Assembly (NCBI GenBank): GCA_963701855.1
Contig: CAVPBK010000005.1
Coordinates: forward strand, 256,001 to 320,000
Reading direction: 5' to 3'
Source of the DNA: Nitrospirota bacterium
GTDB lineage: Bacteria; Nitrospirota; Nitrospiria; Nitrospirales; Nitrospiraceae
DNA: 64,000 nucleotides
Shown here: positions 49,854-59,783 of the stretch, piece by piece
Numbering within the stretch: the stretch's first letter is position 1
Layout of the letters: every line of letters begins with the position of its first letter
Translations under genes and position numbers: made by a program
The notes under the pieces: generated by a model
The model's input: the letters and a program-made list of their open reading frames with translations, nothing else
The model's database searches: none
Told to the model about the DNA's origin: nothing

Positions 49854-52268
49854 ATGCGACCCATTATATGGGGCCATCGTATTGTTCGTTCGGTATGTCT
49901 CTGTGTCATCTGTCTGAGTTTTCTTTATCAGGGCCATGCTGTTGCAGCCGAGCCCAATCTCATCACCGGATCGGTGCAGAATCAGGATCTCCGCCGGGTG
50001 GATCAAGCCATCGTGCAGGTGCGAGATCAGGAAGGGACCGTAGTCGCCCAAGGCGTGACGAACCAGGCTGGCGAATTTTCCGTCATCGTGTCGCAGGAGG
50101 GGACCTATTCCGTGAGCGCCATCCAGGAGACCTACCGCAGTGAATATGTGGTGGTGAAGATCGGCACGGAACCTCCGGCTCCAGTGACCCTGTCGTTGGC
50201 CCTGACGCAGGACATCGCGCTCGAAATTCGATCGCCGCTTCCTCCCATCCAATACAAGGCCTCAAGCGAGACGTATTCCGTGAGCCGGAAGGACATCGAG
50301 ATCCTCCCACGAGGCAACAATAACACCGTCGCGGAGGTCTTACAGACGGTGCCCAGTGTGGTGTACGGGGCCTTGGGGGAAACCCATATCCGCCAGGACC
50401 ACGCCAATCAGCAGTTCCGGATCGATGGGGTGCCCATTCCGGAAGGGGTGAGCGCGACCTTCACCGACGTGATTTCGCCCCGCATGTGGGAACGCGCAGA
50501 TATTATTCTCGGAGGCATGGAGGCCCAGTACGGCAACAAGACGGCGCTCGTGGTCGATATCACCAGCAAGAGCGGCACCAGTCCTTCGTTCGGCTCGGCC
50601 CAGATGTTTGGCGGCTCGAACCAGACGGTGAATCCGTCGTTCGAATACGGCGGCACGGTCGGCGAGAAGGTCCGCTTCTATGCCCTCAACAGCTATACAT
50701 CGACCGATCGGGGCATCGAGCCGCCGACAGCCGGCCATTCGATCTTTCACGGTCAGAGCGAGCGCAATCAAACCTATCTGCGAGGGGACTTTCAGCACGA
50801 CAACCGCAATAGCGTGAGCTGGGTGTTCTTGAACGCGGTGGCGAAGTATCAGATTCCGACGATCCCGGGTTTGGCGGTGAACCCAGCTGTGCTACCGCTC
50901 CTGCAGGTGCAGGATCCCACCTTCTCACCCGTGGCCTCCCAGGCGGTCAACCAGAACCAGAAGGAGAATTCGCAATACACCCACCTGGTCTGGCGCCATG
51001 ACGTGGACGCCGAACAGTCTTTCCAGCTCGCCGGGTTCCTCCGGAACTCGTATGCGAACTTCACGACCGACCCGTTCAACACACTCGCCTACACACCCGA
51101 TCAGCAGACGGCCAATCAGAAGCGCAAGGCCTACTCACTCGGGACGCGGCTCGACTATACGTGGACTCCCAACACACAACATCTCGTGAAGACGGGGTTT
51201 CAGTTCCAGTACACGAATGCGCAGAATGAATTCCAGCTGTTTAACTTCGCAGTAGATCCGGGCACGGGTCTTCCGACCGGACCGGTGCTCACGCAAACCG
51301 CTGCCAATACCAATGTGCAGAAGCGCGAAGAGTTCTGGGTCCAAGACCAATGGAGCCCGACCGACCAGTGGACCCTCAACCTGGGTGTGCGGTATGACCA
51401 GATTCAAAGCTTCTACAATGAAGGGCAGATCAGTCCACGCCTCGGCGTCACGTACAAGTTGAATCCGTCGCACGTCTTTCATGCCAATTATAGCCGGCTG
51501 TTCACGCCGCCGAATGTCGAGCAGATCGCCTTTACGAAGGTGAATCTCCAGGGCACCACCGCCCAACCCGATGACCCGACCGGATTCAACCCCAGGGCGG
51601 AGCGCTCCAACTATTTCGAAGTGGGGAGTTACCACGCGCTGACCAACTGGGCCACGCTGGAGTTGGCCGCCTATTACAAGCGAAGTCACTTCCAGTCCGA
51701 TGCGGGGCAGTTTGGGACCACCCCGATGCTGAACTTCTTTGCCTTTCAGTGGGGCTATCAAATGGGTATTGACGGCGCGCTCAAAATGCAAATCACTGAC
51801 AACTTCAGTGCGCGAGGGAATGTGGCGTGGGGCCGGTGCAAAGCCAATGGGTTGCAGTCGGGGCAATACCTGCTGGAGACAAAAGAGATTAACGACATCA
51901 ATACGGCAGGCGGCGTCTTCTGCGACCACTCGCAGTTGATGACGAGTTCTGCGGTGGCGGCCTATCGGTTCCGAGAGCGGACGACCGTGTCGGGTCAGAT
52001 GCTCTATGGTTCAGGCCTGCGGACCGCGGTGAATGATGATGCGTTCACCAACTCCTCACACTTCCAGTCCCATACCACCTACAATGCCTCAGTGACCCAC
52101 GTGTTTCCTCTGCCGTGGGATCAGCAAAAAATGCTGGTGGGATTCGACGTCATCAATGTGCTCGACCAGCAGTACTTCTATAATACGGGCGGAGGGAGTA
52201 TCGGGCTCGGGGTGGCCCATGCGGGGATGCCCCGTTCCTTCTTTTTCCGTGCGCAATGGTTCTTCTGA
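49854..52268 (+). CDS. TonB-dependent transporter with N-terminal carboxypeptidase-regulatory-like domain
   Basis: AGGAGG RBS, signal peptide, ITGSV..TNQAGEF, plug (RIDGVPI, GGMEAQYG) and a terminal aromatic (AQWFF). Confidence 0.9.
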   Translation: MRPIIWGHRIVRSVCLCVICLSFLYQGHAVAAEPNLITGSVQNQDLRRVDQAIVQVRDQEGTVVAQGVTNQAGEFSVIVSQEGTYSVSAIQETYRSEYVVVKIGTEPPAPVTLSLALTQDIALEIRSPLPPIQYKASSETYSVSRKDIEILPRGNNNTVAEVLQTVPSVVYGALGETHIRQDHANQQFRIDGVPIPEGVSATFTDVISPRMWERADIILGGMEAQYGNKTALVVDITSKSGTSPSFGSAQMFGGSNQTVNPSFEYGGTVGEKVRFYALNSYTSTDRGIEPPTAGHSIFHGQSERNQTYLRGDFQHDNRNSVSWVFLNAVAKYQIPTIPGLAVNPAVLPLLQVQDPTFSPVASQAVNQNQKENSQYTHLVWRHDVDAEQSFQLAGFLRNSYANFTTDPFNTLAYTPDQQTANQKRKAYSLGTRLDYTWTPNTQHLVKTGFQFQYTNAQNEFQLFNFAVDPGTGLPTGPVLTQTAANTNVQKREEFWVQDQWSPTDQWTLNLGVRYDQIQSFYNEGQISPRLGVTYKLNPSHVFHANYSRLFTPPNVEQIAFTKVNLQGTTAQPDDPTGFNPRAERSNYFEVGSYHALTNWATLELAAYYKRSHFQSDAGQFGTTPMLNFFAFQWGYQMGIDGALKMQITDNFSARGNVAWGRCKANGLQSGQYLLETKEINDINTAGGVFCDHSQLMTSSAVAAYRFRERTTVSGQMLYGSGLRTAVNDDAFTNSSHFQSHTTYNASVTHVFPLPWDQQKMLVGFDVINVLDQQYFYNTGGGSIGLGVAHAGMPRSFFFRAQWFF

Positions 52269-52370
52269 TGAGGGCTAGGTTGAGGTCAAGGTCAAGGTTC
52301 AGGCAAGATGAAAACAATCGTATGTAACCGGAGGCTAGACCGTACCCCAAGACGACTGGGGAGCTATATC

Positions 52371-52808
52371 ATGCAGAAATTTTATTGGGTTGTTCGGGTG
52401 TGCATGTTCGTTGTGTCTCTCTGGCCGGCCATAGCATTCGCGGTGGCGGGCGATGAGGCGACGCATGAGATGGATCATAGCGAAGACGTCTTGGAGTTGC
52501 CGGAGGTCCATGTCCATGGCTTGTCTCTCAACAAGGACCAGCAGCTTGGGCCGGTCGCCAAATCTACTCCTTGGCCCGGCATTCCCTCCTCGCTGGACGG
52601 CAAAGAACTCGACGACTGGATGAAAGCCCGCATGATGGTCTCGAAAGATGCCAAAGTAACGGTCGTCGTTCTGGAGCCGTGCAAACACCGGGAACTCACC
52701 ATCGCCGGTATGGCTGCGTTGAACAAATGGACCTTCGAGCCTCAGCTGAAAGGCGATGAGCCAGTTGACGGGGAACTCACTGTGCGCATCCATTTCCGCA
52801 CGAAGTGA
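52371..52808 (+). CDS. Exported protein with a TonB C-terminal-like domain
   Basis: Signal (AFA), HEMDH/HVH linker and ALNKWTFEP..GEPVDGELTVRIHF. Confidence 0.65.
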   Translation: MQKFYWVVRVCMFVVSLWPAIAFAVAGDEATHEMDHSEDVLELPEVHVHGLSLNKDQQLGPVAKSTPWPGIPSSLDGKELDDWMKARMMVSKDAKVTVVVLEPCKHRELTIAGMAALNKWTFEPQLKGDEPVDGELTVRIHFRTK

Positions 52809-52858
52809 TATCGCAAAGAGCTGAAGGCGGATAGCTGATAGTACGGACTAGAATCCGG

Positions 52859-52902
52859 ACAACCAAACAAACCAAACAAACCAGATAGACCAGACAGACC
52901 AG
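52859..52902 (+). repeat. 9-nt tandem repeat (single arm) abutting a start codon
   Basis: ACCAAACAA ACCAAACAA ACCAGATAG ACCAGACAG ACCAG immediately before the ATG. Confidence 0.7.
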
Positions 52903-53454
52903 ATGAGCTTGGACGAATCTCTCTTTCGCGCCATCAACGGGTTCGCCGGACAGTCGGCCTGGTTAGACGGACTGGCACTCAATCTCTCCAATTCAAGCCT
53001 GCTGTGGGTTCCCGGTATCTTGCTGACAGGCTATTGGCTGTGGTTGTCGTGGAGAGAGGTGTTGTTGGCCGCTCCGGTGCTGGCTGTTTCTATCGGCTTG
53101 TTGGATTTCGTGGGAGCGCGGATCAAAGATTTTGCAGTTCGTCCGCGACCCTGTATGGCGCTTTCGGATATCCACCAGATCGAAGCCTGCGGCAAGACCT
53201 TCGGATTTCCGTCGAACCACGCCATCAACACTGCGACAGCGGCAGCCTTTTTCCATGTGCTCTATCCGCGGTCAGGCTGGGTGAGTTGGCCGTTGGTCGG
53301 ACTGATCGGTCTGTCTCGTGTGTATATCGGGGCCCACTACGTCACGGACGTGCTGGGAGGTTGGGTGATCGGCGGCTTGTTCGGGGCCGGTGCCGCGTGG
53401 CTGCTCCTGCGCTATTCTCGTGTCCGCACTTCACGTGAAACTCCTGCTGTATAA
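52903..53454 (+). CDS. PAP2-family phosphatase
   Basis: K....RPRP, FPSNHA and SRVYIGAHYVTDV motifs. Confidence 0.92.
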   Translation: MSLDESLFRAINGFAGQSAWLDGLALNLSNSSLLWVPGILLTGYWLWLSWREVLLAAPVLAVSIGLLDFVGARIKDFAVRPRPCMALSDIHQIEACGKTFGFPSNHAINTATAAAFFHVLYPRSGWVSWPLVGLIGLSRVYIGAHYVTDVLGGWVIGGLFGAGAAWLLLRYSRVRTSRETPAV

Positions 53455-53693
53455 GCCCGAATAATTCATGACGCTTCTGCTGCAAGTGCGGATACGCGGC
53501 TGTGACGGGCAGTCTCGTCGTTCAGCCCTTCGACATACTGTTGGGGACTGGCACCCTTCTTCTTGGTGCCTGTCCCCGTCCGAGAAGCGGGACAGGCACT
53601 GCCGCAGACAGCAGAGCCGGTCCCTGGCCGCCGCGTGCCCGTCTCGCTTCGTGTCTGCACGCTTTCGTGACGAGCCTTCATGAATAATGCGGG

Positions 53694-54668
53694 CTAACTC
53701 CTTGTGCCCTCCTGGCTTTCAAGACAGCGTAACAGTTCTGCTTGGCAGCGCTCCTGGTCGTAGCCTCGTCCGATCAACACGATCGCGTGGCTCGGTTCGT
53801 CAAGCAACGTGATGGGCGTGATGGTGGCGTTGCCTGGCGGGGCATATTGAAATTCTTGAAGCTCCGGTCCCTTGGCGAACCGGAAGAAGCCTTTCGCCCG
53901 TTCAAGTTCAGGGGGCAGGGTCTTCATCCAGCGCAGGAATCGTTCAAAATTCAACGGGCCTGGCAGCCGAACCGTTGTGGCAATTGGATGATACGATGCC
54001 CGTGTCTTCGTCGCGGATGATCGAGGCGCTCCGAATTCTACATTCACTGTCGGTGTAGACGACATGCGGGTGATTGGTTCGAGCAGCGAGGAGGGATCGA
54101 CTTTGGCATGGCTGGTTTCCCAGGCCCGCGCATAGGGATTCTGATCGGTGATCGAGGTCTTGAATGCTTCCCAATGCCCAGGAACATAGAGATCTCGTTT
54201 GTTGAGAATGAGTTCATCGGCGCACCGAATCGCCTGCCTGGTGACGAATCCCCCCATACTCTCCCTATCTGTTGGGATCGGATGTAGTAAGGCGATGACT
54301 TTTTCTAAATGTGTGAGGCGCGCGGTATAGAGATCGGTGACGCCATCGATGACTTCGGCTGGATCGGCCATGCCTGAACATTCCAGGATGATCACATCCG
54401 ACTCATAGTCTTGCACCAGTTGCGCGATCCCCCAGGACAAGTCTTCCTTCGTGTCGCAACAGACGCAGCCGCCGGCGAGGTTCATGACTTGCTCGGCGAT
54501 GGTGCCTGCGCGGGGGCCGTCGATGCTCACCTCCCCAGCTTCGTTCATCAACACGCCGGCCCGTTTGCCCTGGTTCTTCCAATATTCAAGCAGCCGCATC
54601 AAAAGCGTGGTTTTCCCTGCGCCGAGGGAGCCACAAAGGATATAGAAGGGAACTGGAGACGCACGCAT
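53694..54668 (-). CDS. COG0523/CobW-family metal-chaperone GTPase
   Basis: GSLGAGKTT, GGCVCC (CxCC), ECSG, NKRD and C-terminal RAKG motifs. Confidence 0.92.
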   Translation of the reverse strand: MRASPVPFYILCGSLGAGKTTLLMRLLEYWKNQGKRAGVLMNEAGEVSIDGPRAGTIAEQVMNLAGGCVCCDTKEDLSWGIAQLVQDYESDVIILECSGMADPAEVIDGVTDLYTARLTHLEKVIALLHPIPTDRESMGGFVTRQAIRCADELILNKRDLYVPGHWEAFKTSITDQNPYARAWETSHAKVDPSSLLEPITRMSSTPTVNVEFGAPRSSATKTRASYHPIATTVRLPGPLNFERFLRWMKTLPPELERAKGFFRFAKGPELQEFQYAPPGNATITPITLLDEPSHAIVLIGRGYDQERCQAELLRCLESQEGTRS

Positions 54669-54903
54669 GGATTACCCCTGATCGACAGTGAGGACACAGA
54701 TTCATCCACAGGCATTCTACCGAGACACAGGATGAACAAAAAGGGGGGGACTTGGAGATAAGGCTGCCTGGCGTATTCGCCAAGTATCGTTTTCATGTGG
54801 AGAGTAGTATTTGAGTATAAACGGCAGTGCCATCGCCCTTTCAAGTGAAGGCTACACTGTGAACAACCAGAGGCCACCTTAACCTGCTTCTGTGCCCCGA
54901 TGT

Positions 54904-55710
54904 CTACCGCGTGGAGATGACGAGGCTGTTGTTTTCGACTCGAACGGATTCAATCTGGGGTGGAAGCTGGAACTTGTCTCGATTGTTCGGCGAATCGAAT
55001 AATTGATGTACGACACTGTCGAGAGTCGAGGATGGAATGGGTAATGAACCAATCTTGCCGGCCGTGGGTTGGAGCCGAATGTAACCTCCTTGGGTTGTGA
55101 GCGTGCCGTCGAGTTGCAGTGAGATCTCTTTCCCATAGAGGGCGAAGAGGGCATAGGCCCGAAGTTGGTTGCCCATGAGGTTGATGCGGACATCTTTCAA
55201 AGCCGATTGAATCTCTTGCACGTTCGGTTCGCTTCCTGTGGGCGCCGGGATACCGGCCTGTCGTGCTTGATGGGTTGAGGCGATTGCGAGATTGTCACGC
55301 ATCCACCGATTCAGCTCTGCTTCACTGAGTGTGAGTGTGTGAGGCTGGTTCGATTGCACGGCCATTTGTAGCTGGGCCATCTTCTCAGCGACGCGATCGG
55401 CTGCCTGCGGATCGGTTTGGATCGGCAGTGGCGGCGCTTGGCGAAGAATTAACAGCAAGATGCCGACTGTGGCGGCCAGCGAGATCCAGGGAAGAACGCG
55501 GAATACACGAGATACCAATCCTGGCGTCGCTGCTTGCGTCGTGGTCTCAGCGTCGGTGATCGGGGGAGTCTCGACAGCCGGAACCGGTGGTTTGAACTTG
55601 GAGAAAACGATTCCGCACCGCCGACACTCCGGTCCCTCCTCCTGTTCGAAACCGCACTTGGGGCAGCGTATGGCCGCCCTGCTCGACGATGGCGAAGATT
55701 GCAGTCGCAT
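54904..55710 (-). CDS. Membrane-anchored hypothetical protein with N-terminal zinc ribbon
   Basis: [14 protein letters not shown], a TM helix and an extracytoplasmic domain (LSEAELN). Confidence 0.7.
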   Translation of the reverse strand: MRLQSSPSSSRAAIRCPKCGFEQEEGPECRRCGIVFSKFKPPVPAVETPPITDAETTTQAATPGLVSRVFRVLPWISLAATVGILLLILRQAPPLPIQTDPQAADRVAEKMAQLQMAVQSNQPHTLTLSEAELNRWMRDNLAIASTHQARQAGIPAPTGSEPNVQEIQSALKDVRINLMGNQLRAYALFALYGKEISLQLDGTLTTQGGYIRLQPTAGKIGSLPIPSSTLDSVVHQLFDSPNNRDKFQLPPQIESVRVENNSLVISTR

Positions 55711-55863
55711 GAAGTGACTGTAGTTCAGAGAAGCGGGGAGCGCAAAGAATAGTTCGAAATAGCCAGGGAGGGATTGTCATAATCCATCCTTCGCGAGCGG
55801 AATCGACCCCACTACTTTCCGTAAAAAATGAGTGAGTAAAGGAGAGGCCTCAAAAGGTTAGCT

Positions 55864-56311
55864 ATGGAAAAATACGGAAACCGATTGCTCCTTTGTATTT
55901 GCCCATGTTCTTGTGAAGTTTCAGTTTCTTGAAGAAGGTATACGGATATACCTAAAGGCAGCCTATGCTTTGACCAAGAAAAGAATGCAGGATTCAATTC
56001 CCATAAATTTATCTGCAGAAACCTTGAACAATAAATCTCTTTCGGTGCTATTGCGTGATTTTAAAAAATTTAACAGCAATGCTCACTTGATCGATAACAT
56101 CGGCAAGTTAATTCCGAAACGCAATCATCTCGCTCATGTAGCTTTTTACAGGATGTATCTTCAACTAGAAGAGGGGAAAGACATTACCCCAGATAGACAA
56201 GAGGCAATACAGGTGGGCAGTGAGGCTGCTCAGTGCATTAAGTTGCTGCATAAAGAAATCGAAATTGTAGAAAGTCTATGTCAAAAGGAAGGCATCATGA
56301 CTCTCGAATGA
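55864..56311 (+). CDS. AT-rich hypothetical protein with HEPN-like RxxxxH motif (possible 5' frameshift)
   Basis: Helical ORF 55913-56311 with FQFLEE and KRNHLAH. The upstream ATG 55864 is out of frame at an A run. Confidence 0.5.
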
Positions 56312-56646
56312 TCGCTGAGTCGAGAGTGTGGCTAGCTATCTTGCAGCTGCGATAGCTGCTTCCACCCACCTTTATAGAACGACCTGCTCCAGCCAGGTAA
56401 ACTCCCCCCACGCTTCTCGCCTCAACTGCATCTCCCTACCACCACCACACTCGCCCCCTCTTCTCCACCCACCCTTCCAAAAATGGTGGTCTGAGTTGCT
56501 CCATGAATTCGCGCTTTCAATGAGAGCCTGCTATTCCTGCAGGGAATAGGCAGACTGTTCTTCACTGCGCGCATCCAACGAGGGCCTTCGGAGGCCGCGC
56601 GTTGCGCGAGCACAGAAGATCATCAGGCTCCATCCCCGGTCCCCCG

Positions 56647-56676
56647 TTGACTCTCTTTCCGCCCCTTTGTTAGACT
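56647..56676 (+). promoter_or_regulatory. Putative sigma70 promoter for the NHL-guaB-guaA-rluB-aspS block
   Basis: TTGACT-18-TAGACT with TG at the extended -10 position. Confidence 0.45.
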
Positions 56677-56753
56677 TCTCCTTCAAATCTAAGCCCTTGA
56701 AAGACCCCTTGTATTTCTAGCTGGACGGCTTTAGCAACAGAAAGCACCACGGT

Positions 56754-59726
56754 ATGATCAAAGCTTGGCTGCTTGATGAGATGTTTCGGTATGATCGCAT
56801 GCATCTAACCATCGATGGGACCCTTGGCGAATGGGGCGCCGGTGATTCGATTGCCGCTGAAGAAGAACTTCCACCGCCTCCGGCGAACGTGGCCGCGAAA
56901 TCGGGGAACGGCTGGGTCACCATTACGTGGGATCCCGTTCCCGATGCCATGTACTACAACCTCTATTTCCAAACCACCAAGGGCGTGATGATCAAGTTTT
57001 CCGATCTCACGCGTCCGATTGCCAGCGCCGACGACTTCAAAGCCGTCATTGGGGTAAAAAAAGATAAAGGCACCTGTGTGGAAGGCGTTCAAAGTCCCTT
57101 TGTCCATGACGATCTGGCCAACGGGACTTGTTACCACTATGTCGTGACCGTGGTGACGCAAAAGGGGGAGAGTCTCGAGTCTCAAGAGGTCATGGCGATT
57201 CCTTCGCCCTATCTGTTGGCCATGAGTATCGGCCGAGAGGGTGTGGACGACGGGGAGTTCAGCTCGCCCACGGGGATCACGCTCGACAAGGATGGCAATA
57301 TCTACATCGCGGATACCGATAACCATACGATTCAGAAGTTCGATAAGTCCGGAAAGTTTGTCGCGCGATGGGGCGGCGACCCTTCTTCGCAGGAAGGGAG
57401 CTTCTACTATCCGCGTGGATTGGCCGTCGGGCCAAACGATGTGCTGTACATTGCAGACAGCGGCAATAACCGCATTCAGAAGCTCGATCTCAACGGCAAT
57501 GCGATGCAGGCCTGGGGCAAGTTCGGCTTTGCGTGGCGCGGGGCCGATCTGGGCAAGTTCGATGTGCCCTGGGGGCTCGCGACGGACGCAGAAGGGAATC
57601 TCTACATCTCGGACACGAGCAACGCGCGGATTCAGAAGTTCACGTCTGACGGGCAGGCCCTGCTTAAATGGGGTCGTGATGGGAGCTTCGACGGCGCCTT
57701 CTTCTTCCCTCGCGGCGTGGCCGTCGATTTTGTCGGCAATATCTTCGTCGCCGATGAAAGCAATAATCGCATTCAGAAGTTCGATGCCCGTGGGAGTTTT
57801 CTTGCCAAGTGGGGGCGAGAAGGGGCTGGTCCAGGGCAATTCAAGTCTCCCTGGGGGATTGCCTGCGATGCGCTCGGCAATGTCTATGTTGTCGATACCG
57901 GTAACCACCGCATCCAAAAGTTCGATGGCAACGGGACGTTCCTGTGTGCCTGGGGAAACCGTGGGAAGACGGAAGGGCAGCTCAACTTTCCTTACGGGAT
58001 TGCCGTCGACAAAGAAGGCGCGGTCTATGTGGTCGACAGCGGCAATGGCCGTATTCTGAAGTATGTGCCGACGGACGAAGAGCTCAATCGCGGCAAGGAT
58101 GAGGCGTCAACCGATCAGGCGCCGAGCGAGACTCCGGCGCCCCGTAGCGTGGCAGTCAAAGCCGGCGATACAGAGGCCTTCCTGAGTTGGATGACGGTTC
58201 CCGGCGCGCAGTCCTACAACCTGTATTTCAATACGATCCCGAAGCTCACGACTCAGACGGCGACAAAAATCGAAGGTGTGACGAATCCCTATACACATAC
58301 CGGCCTCTCGAACGATACCCCCTATCACTATGCCTTGACCACGGTATTCGAGACCGGCGTCGAGAGCGAGTTGTCGAATGAAGTGACGGTGACGCCGGTG
58401 CTTATCGATATCACGGCGCCCCAAAATCCCTATGCCGTGATCAATCATGGCGCGTTCATGACGAATACACCGGAAATCGTCGTCACGATTTCAGCGAACG
58501 ATGTCGATACCGGAGTCGCAGCCTACTTTGTCTCCGAGGCGCCAATGACTCCCACAGCGGGGATGCCGGGATGGGTCGATGTGACGCCGGCCACCAAGTT
58601 CGGGGCGACGATCCCATTTATTTTGTCGCTGGGAGACGGGCAGAAGTCGATCTACGTCTGGTTTAAGGATGTGGGCGGGAACGTCTCCACCCCTGCGAGC
58701 GCCACGGTTCTGGTTAACACGTCGGGGTATCTCTGCGTGTCCGAATGGGGCCGTACGGGCCGCGGCGCATCCTTGCTGCATGGCGGCGAGTTCATGGCCC
58801 CGATCTACGGGCTCTGCGTCGATCAGCAGGGATCGCTGTTCGTGGTCGATAACGGCAACAACCGGGTCCAGAAATTCGACAATGCCGGCAACTTCATCAT
58901 CCTGTGGGGCAACTTCGGTTCGTCCAATTCCAACTTCCATAATGCTACGGGGATTGCCTGCGACGGCAAGGGCGACGTCTGGGTGGTCGATACGAACAAT
59001 CATCGCGTGCAGAAATTCGACGGGAAGCTCGGCGGCTATCTTATGAAGTTTGGGTCGCGTGGAAACGGTGAAGGACAGTTCAACTCACCCTGGGGCATCG
59101 CGGTCGATCGGGTGCGCGGGTATGTCTATGTGGTTGACAGCGCCAACTTCCGCGTCCAGAAATTCGACATGAACGGGGAGTTCATCATGTCCTGGGGCAG
59201 CTTCGGAAACGGAGATGGCCAATTTTACTTTCCACGTGGCGTGGCGGTGGACCAGACAGACGGTTTTGTGTACATCGTCGATATGGGTAATCACCGGATT
59301 CAGAAGTTCGACACCAGCACCAATGTGCTCCCGCAGTTGCTGACCAAGTGGGGCGGCAGTGCCGAGCCGGGTCACGCCAGCAGCCCGCTCGCGCAGGAAG
59401 CTGGTCAGTTGCGGTCTCCCTGGGGTATTACGGTGGATGGGGCCGGCGATGTGTATGTGTCGGATACTGGTAATCACCGTGTCGAGAAGTTCGATAAAGA
59501 GGGCAACTTCATCACCCAGTGGGGTGGGTTCGGGAATGGAAAAGGGCAATTCAATTTTCCCTACGGCATCGCAGTCGATGCGAAGGGCAGTGTGTTCGTT
59601 GTCGATAGCGGGAACACCAGGGTCGAACAGTTCATGCCGGCGGACGAGGGGAGCGAGCGTCTCCAAGAAGACGCGGAAACGGTGGCCGAGATCGGGAACG
59701 CGCAACCCGCGAAACGTGAAGCGTGA
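56754..59726 (+). CDS. Fibronectin type III + NHL-repeat (double beta-propeller) protein
   Basis: Two FN3 modules (W..VP.A..YNLYF) and about 12 F..P.GIAVD..G.VYV.D.GN.RIQKFD repeats. Confidence 0.92.
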   Translation: MIKAWLLDEMFRYDRMHLTIDGTLGEWGAGDSIAAEEELPPPPANVAAKSGNGWVTITWDPVPDAMYYNLYFQTTKGVMIKFSDLTRPIASADDFKAVIGVKKDKGTCVEGVQSPFVHDDLANGTCYHYVVTVVTQKGESLESQEVMAIPSPYLLAMSIGREGVDDGEFSSPTGITLDKDGNIYIADTDNHTIQKFDKSGKFVARWGGDPSSQEGSFYYPRGLAVGPNDVLYIADSGNNRIQKLDLNGNAMQAWGKFGFAWRGADLGKFDVPWGLATDAEGNLYISDTSNARIQKFTSDGQALLKWGRDGSFDGAFFFPRGVAVDFVGNIFVADESNNRIQKFDARGSFLAKWGREGAGPGQFKSPWGIACDALGNVYVVDTGNHRIQKFDGNGTFLCAWGNRGKTEGQLNFPYGIAVDKEGAVYVVDSGNGRILKYVPTDEELNRGKDEASTDQAPSETPAPRSVAVKAGDTEAFLSWMTVPGAQSYNLYFNTIPKLTTQTATKIEGVTNPYTHTGLSNDTPYHYALTTVFETGVESELSNEVTVTPVLIDITAPQNPYAVINHGAFMTNTPEIVVTISANDVDTGVAAYFVSEAPMTPTAGMPGWVDVTPATKFGATIPFILSLGDGQKSIYVWFKDVGGNVSTPASATVLVNTSGYLCVSEWGRTGRGASLLHGGEFMAPIYGLCVDQQGSLFVVDNGNNRVQKFDNAGNFIILWGNFGSSNSNFHNATGIACDGKGDVWVVDTNNHRVQKFDGKLGGYLMKFGSRGNGEGQFNSPWGIAVDRVRGYVYVVDSANFRVQKFDMNGEFIMSWGSFGNGDGQFYFPRGVAVDQTDGFVYIVDMGNHRIQKFDTSTNVLPQLLTKWGGSAEPGHASSPLAQEAGQLRSPWGITVDGAGDVYVSDTGNHRVEKFDKEGNFITQWGGFGNGKGQFNFPYGIAVDAKGSVFVVDSGNTRVEQFMPADEGSERLQEDAETVAEIGNAQPAKREA

Positions 59727-59783
59727 AGCGTATCTCGTTCAAGTGTTTCAAGCTAGACTTTCGGATGTGATGATGGAGCGATC

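Noticed and set aside
56805..57917. Long antisense ORFs (also 792-1754, 23548-24339, 26690-27628, 48152-48961, 51135-51929, 60095-61079)
   Set aside because: They shadow well-supported genes on the opposite strand, as expected from GC-rich codon bias, and have no motifs of their own.
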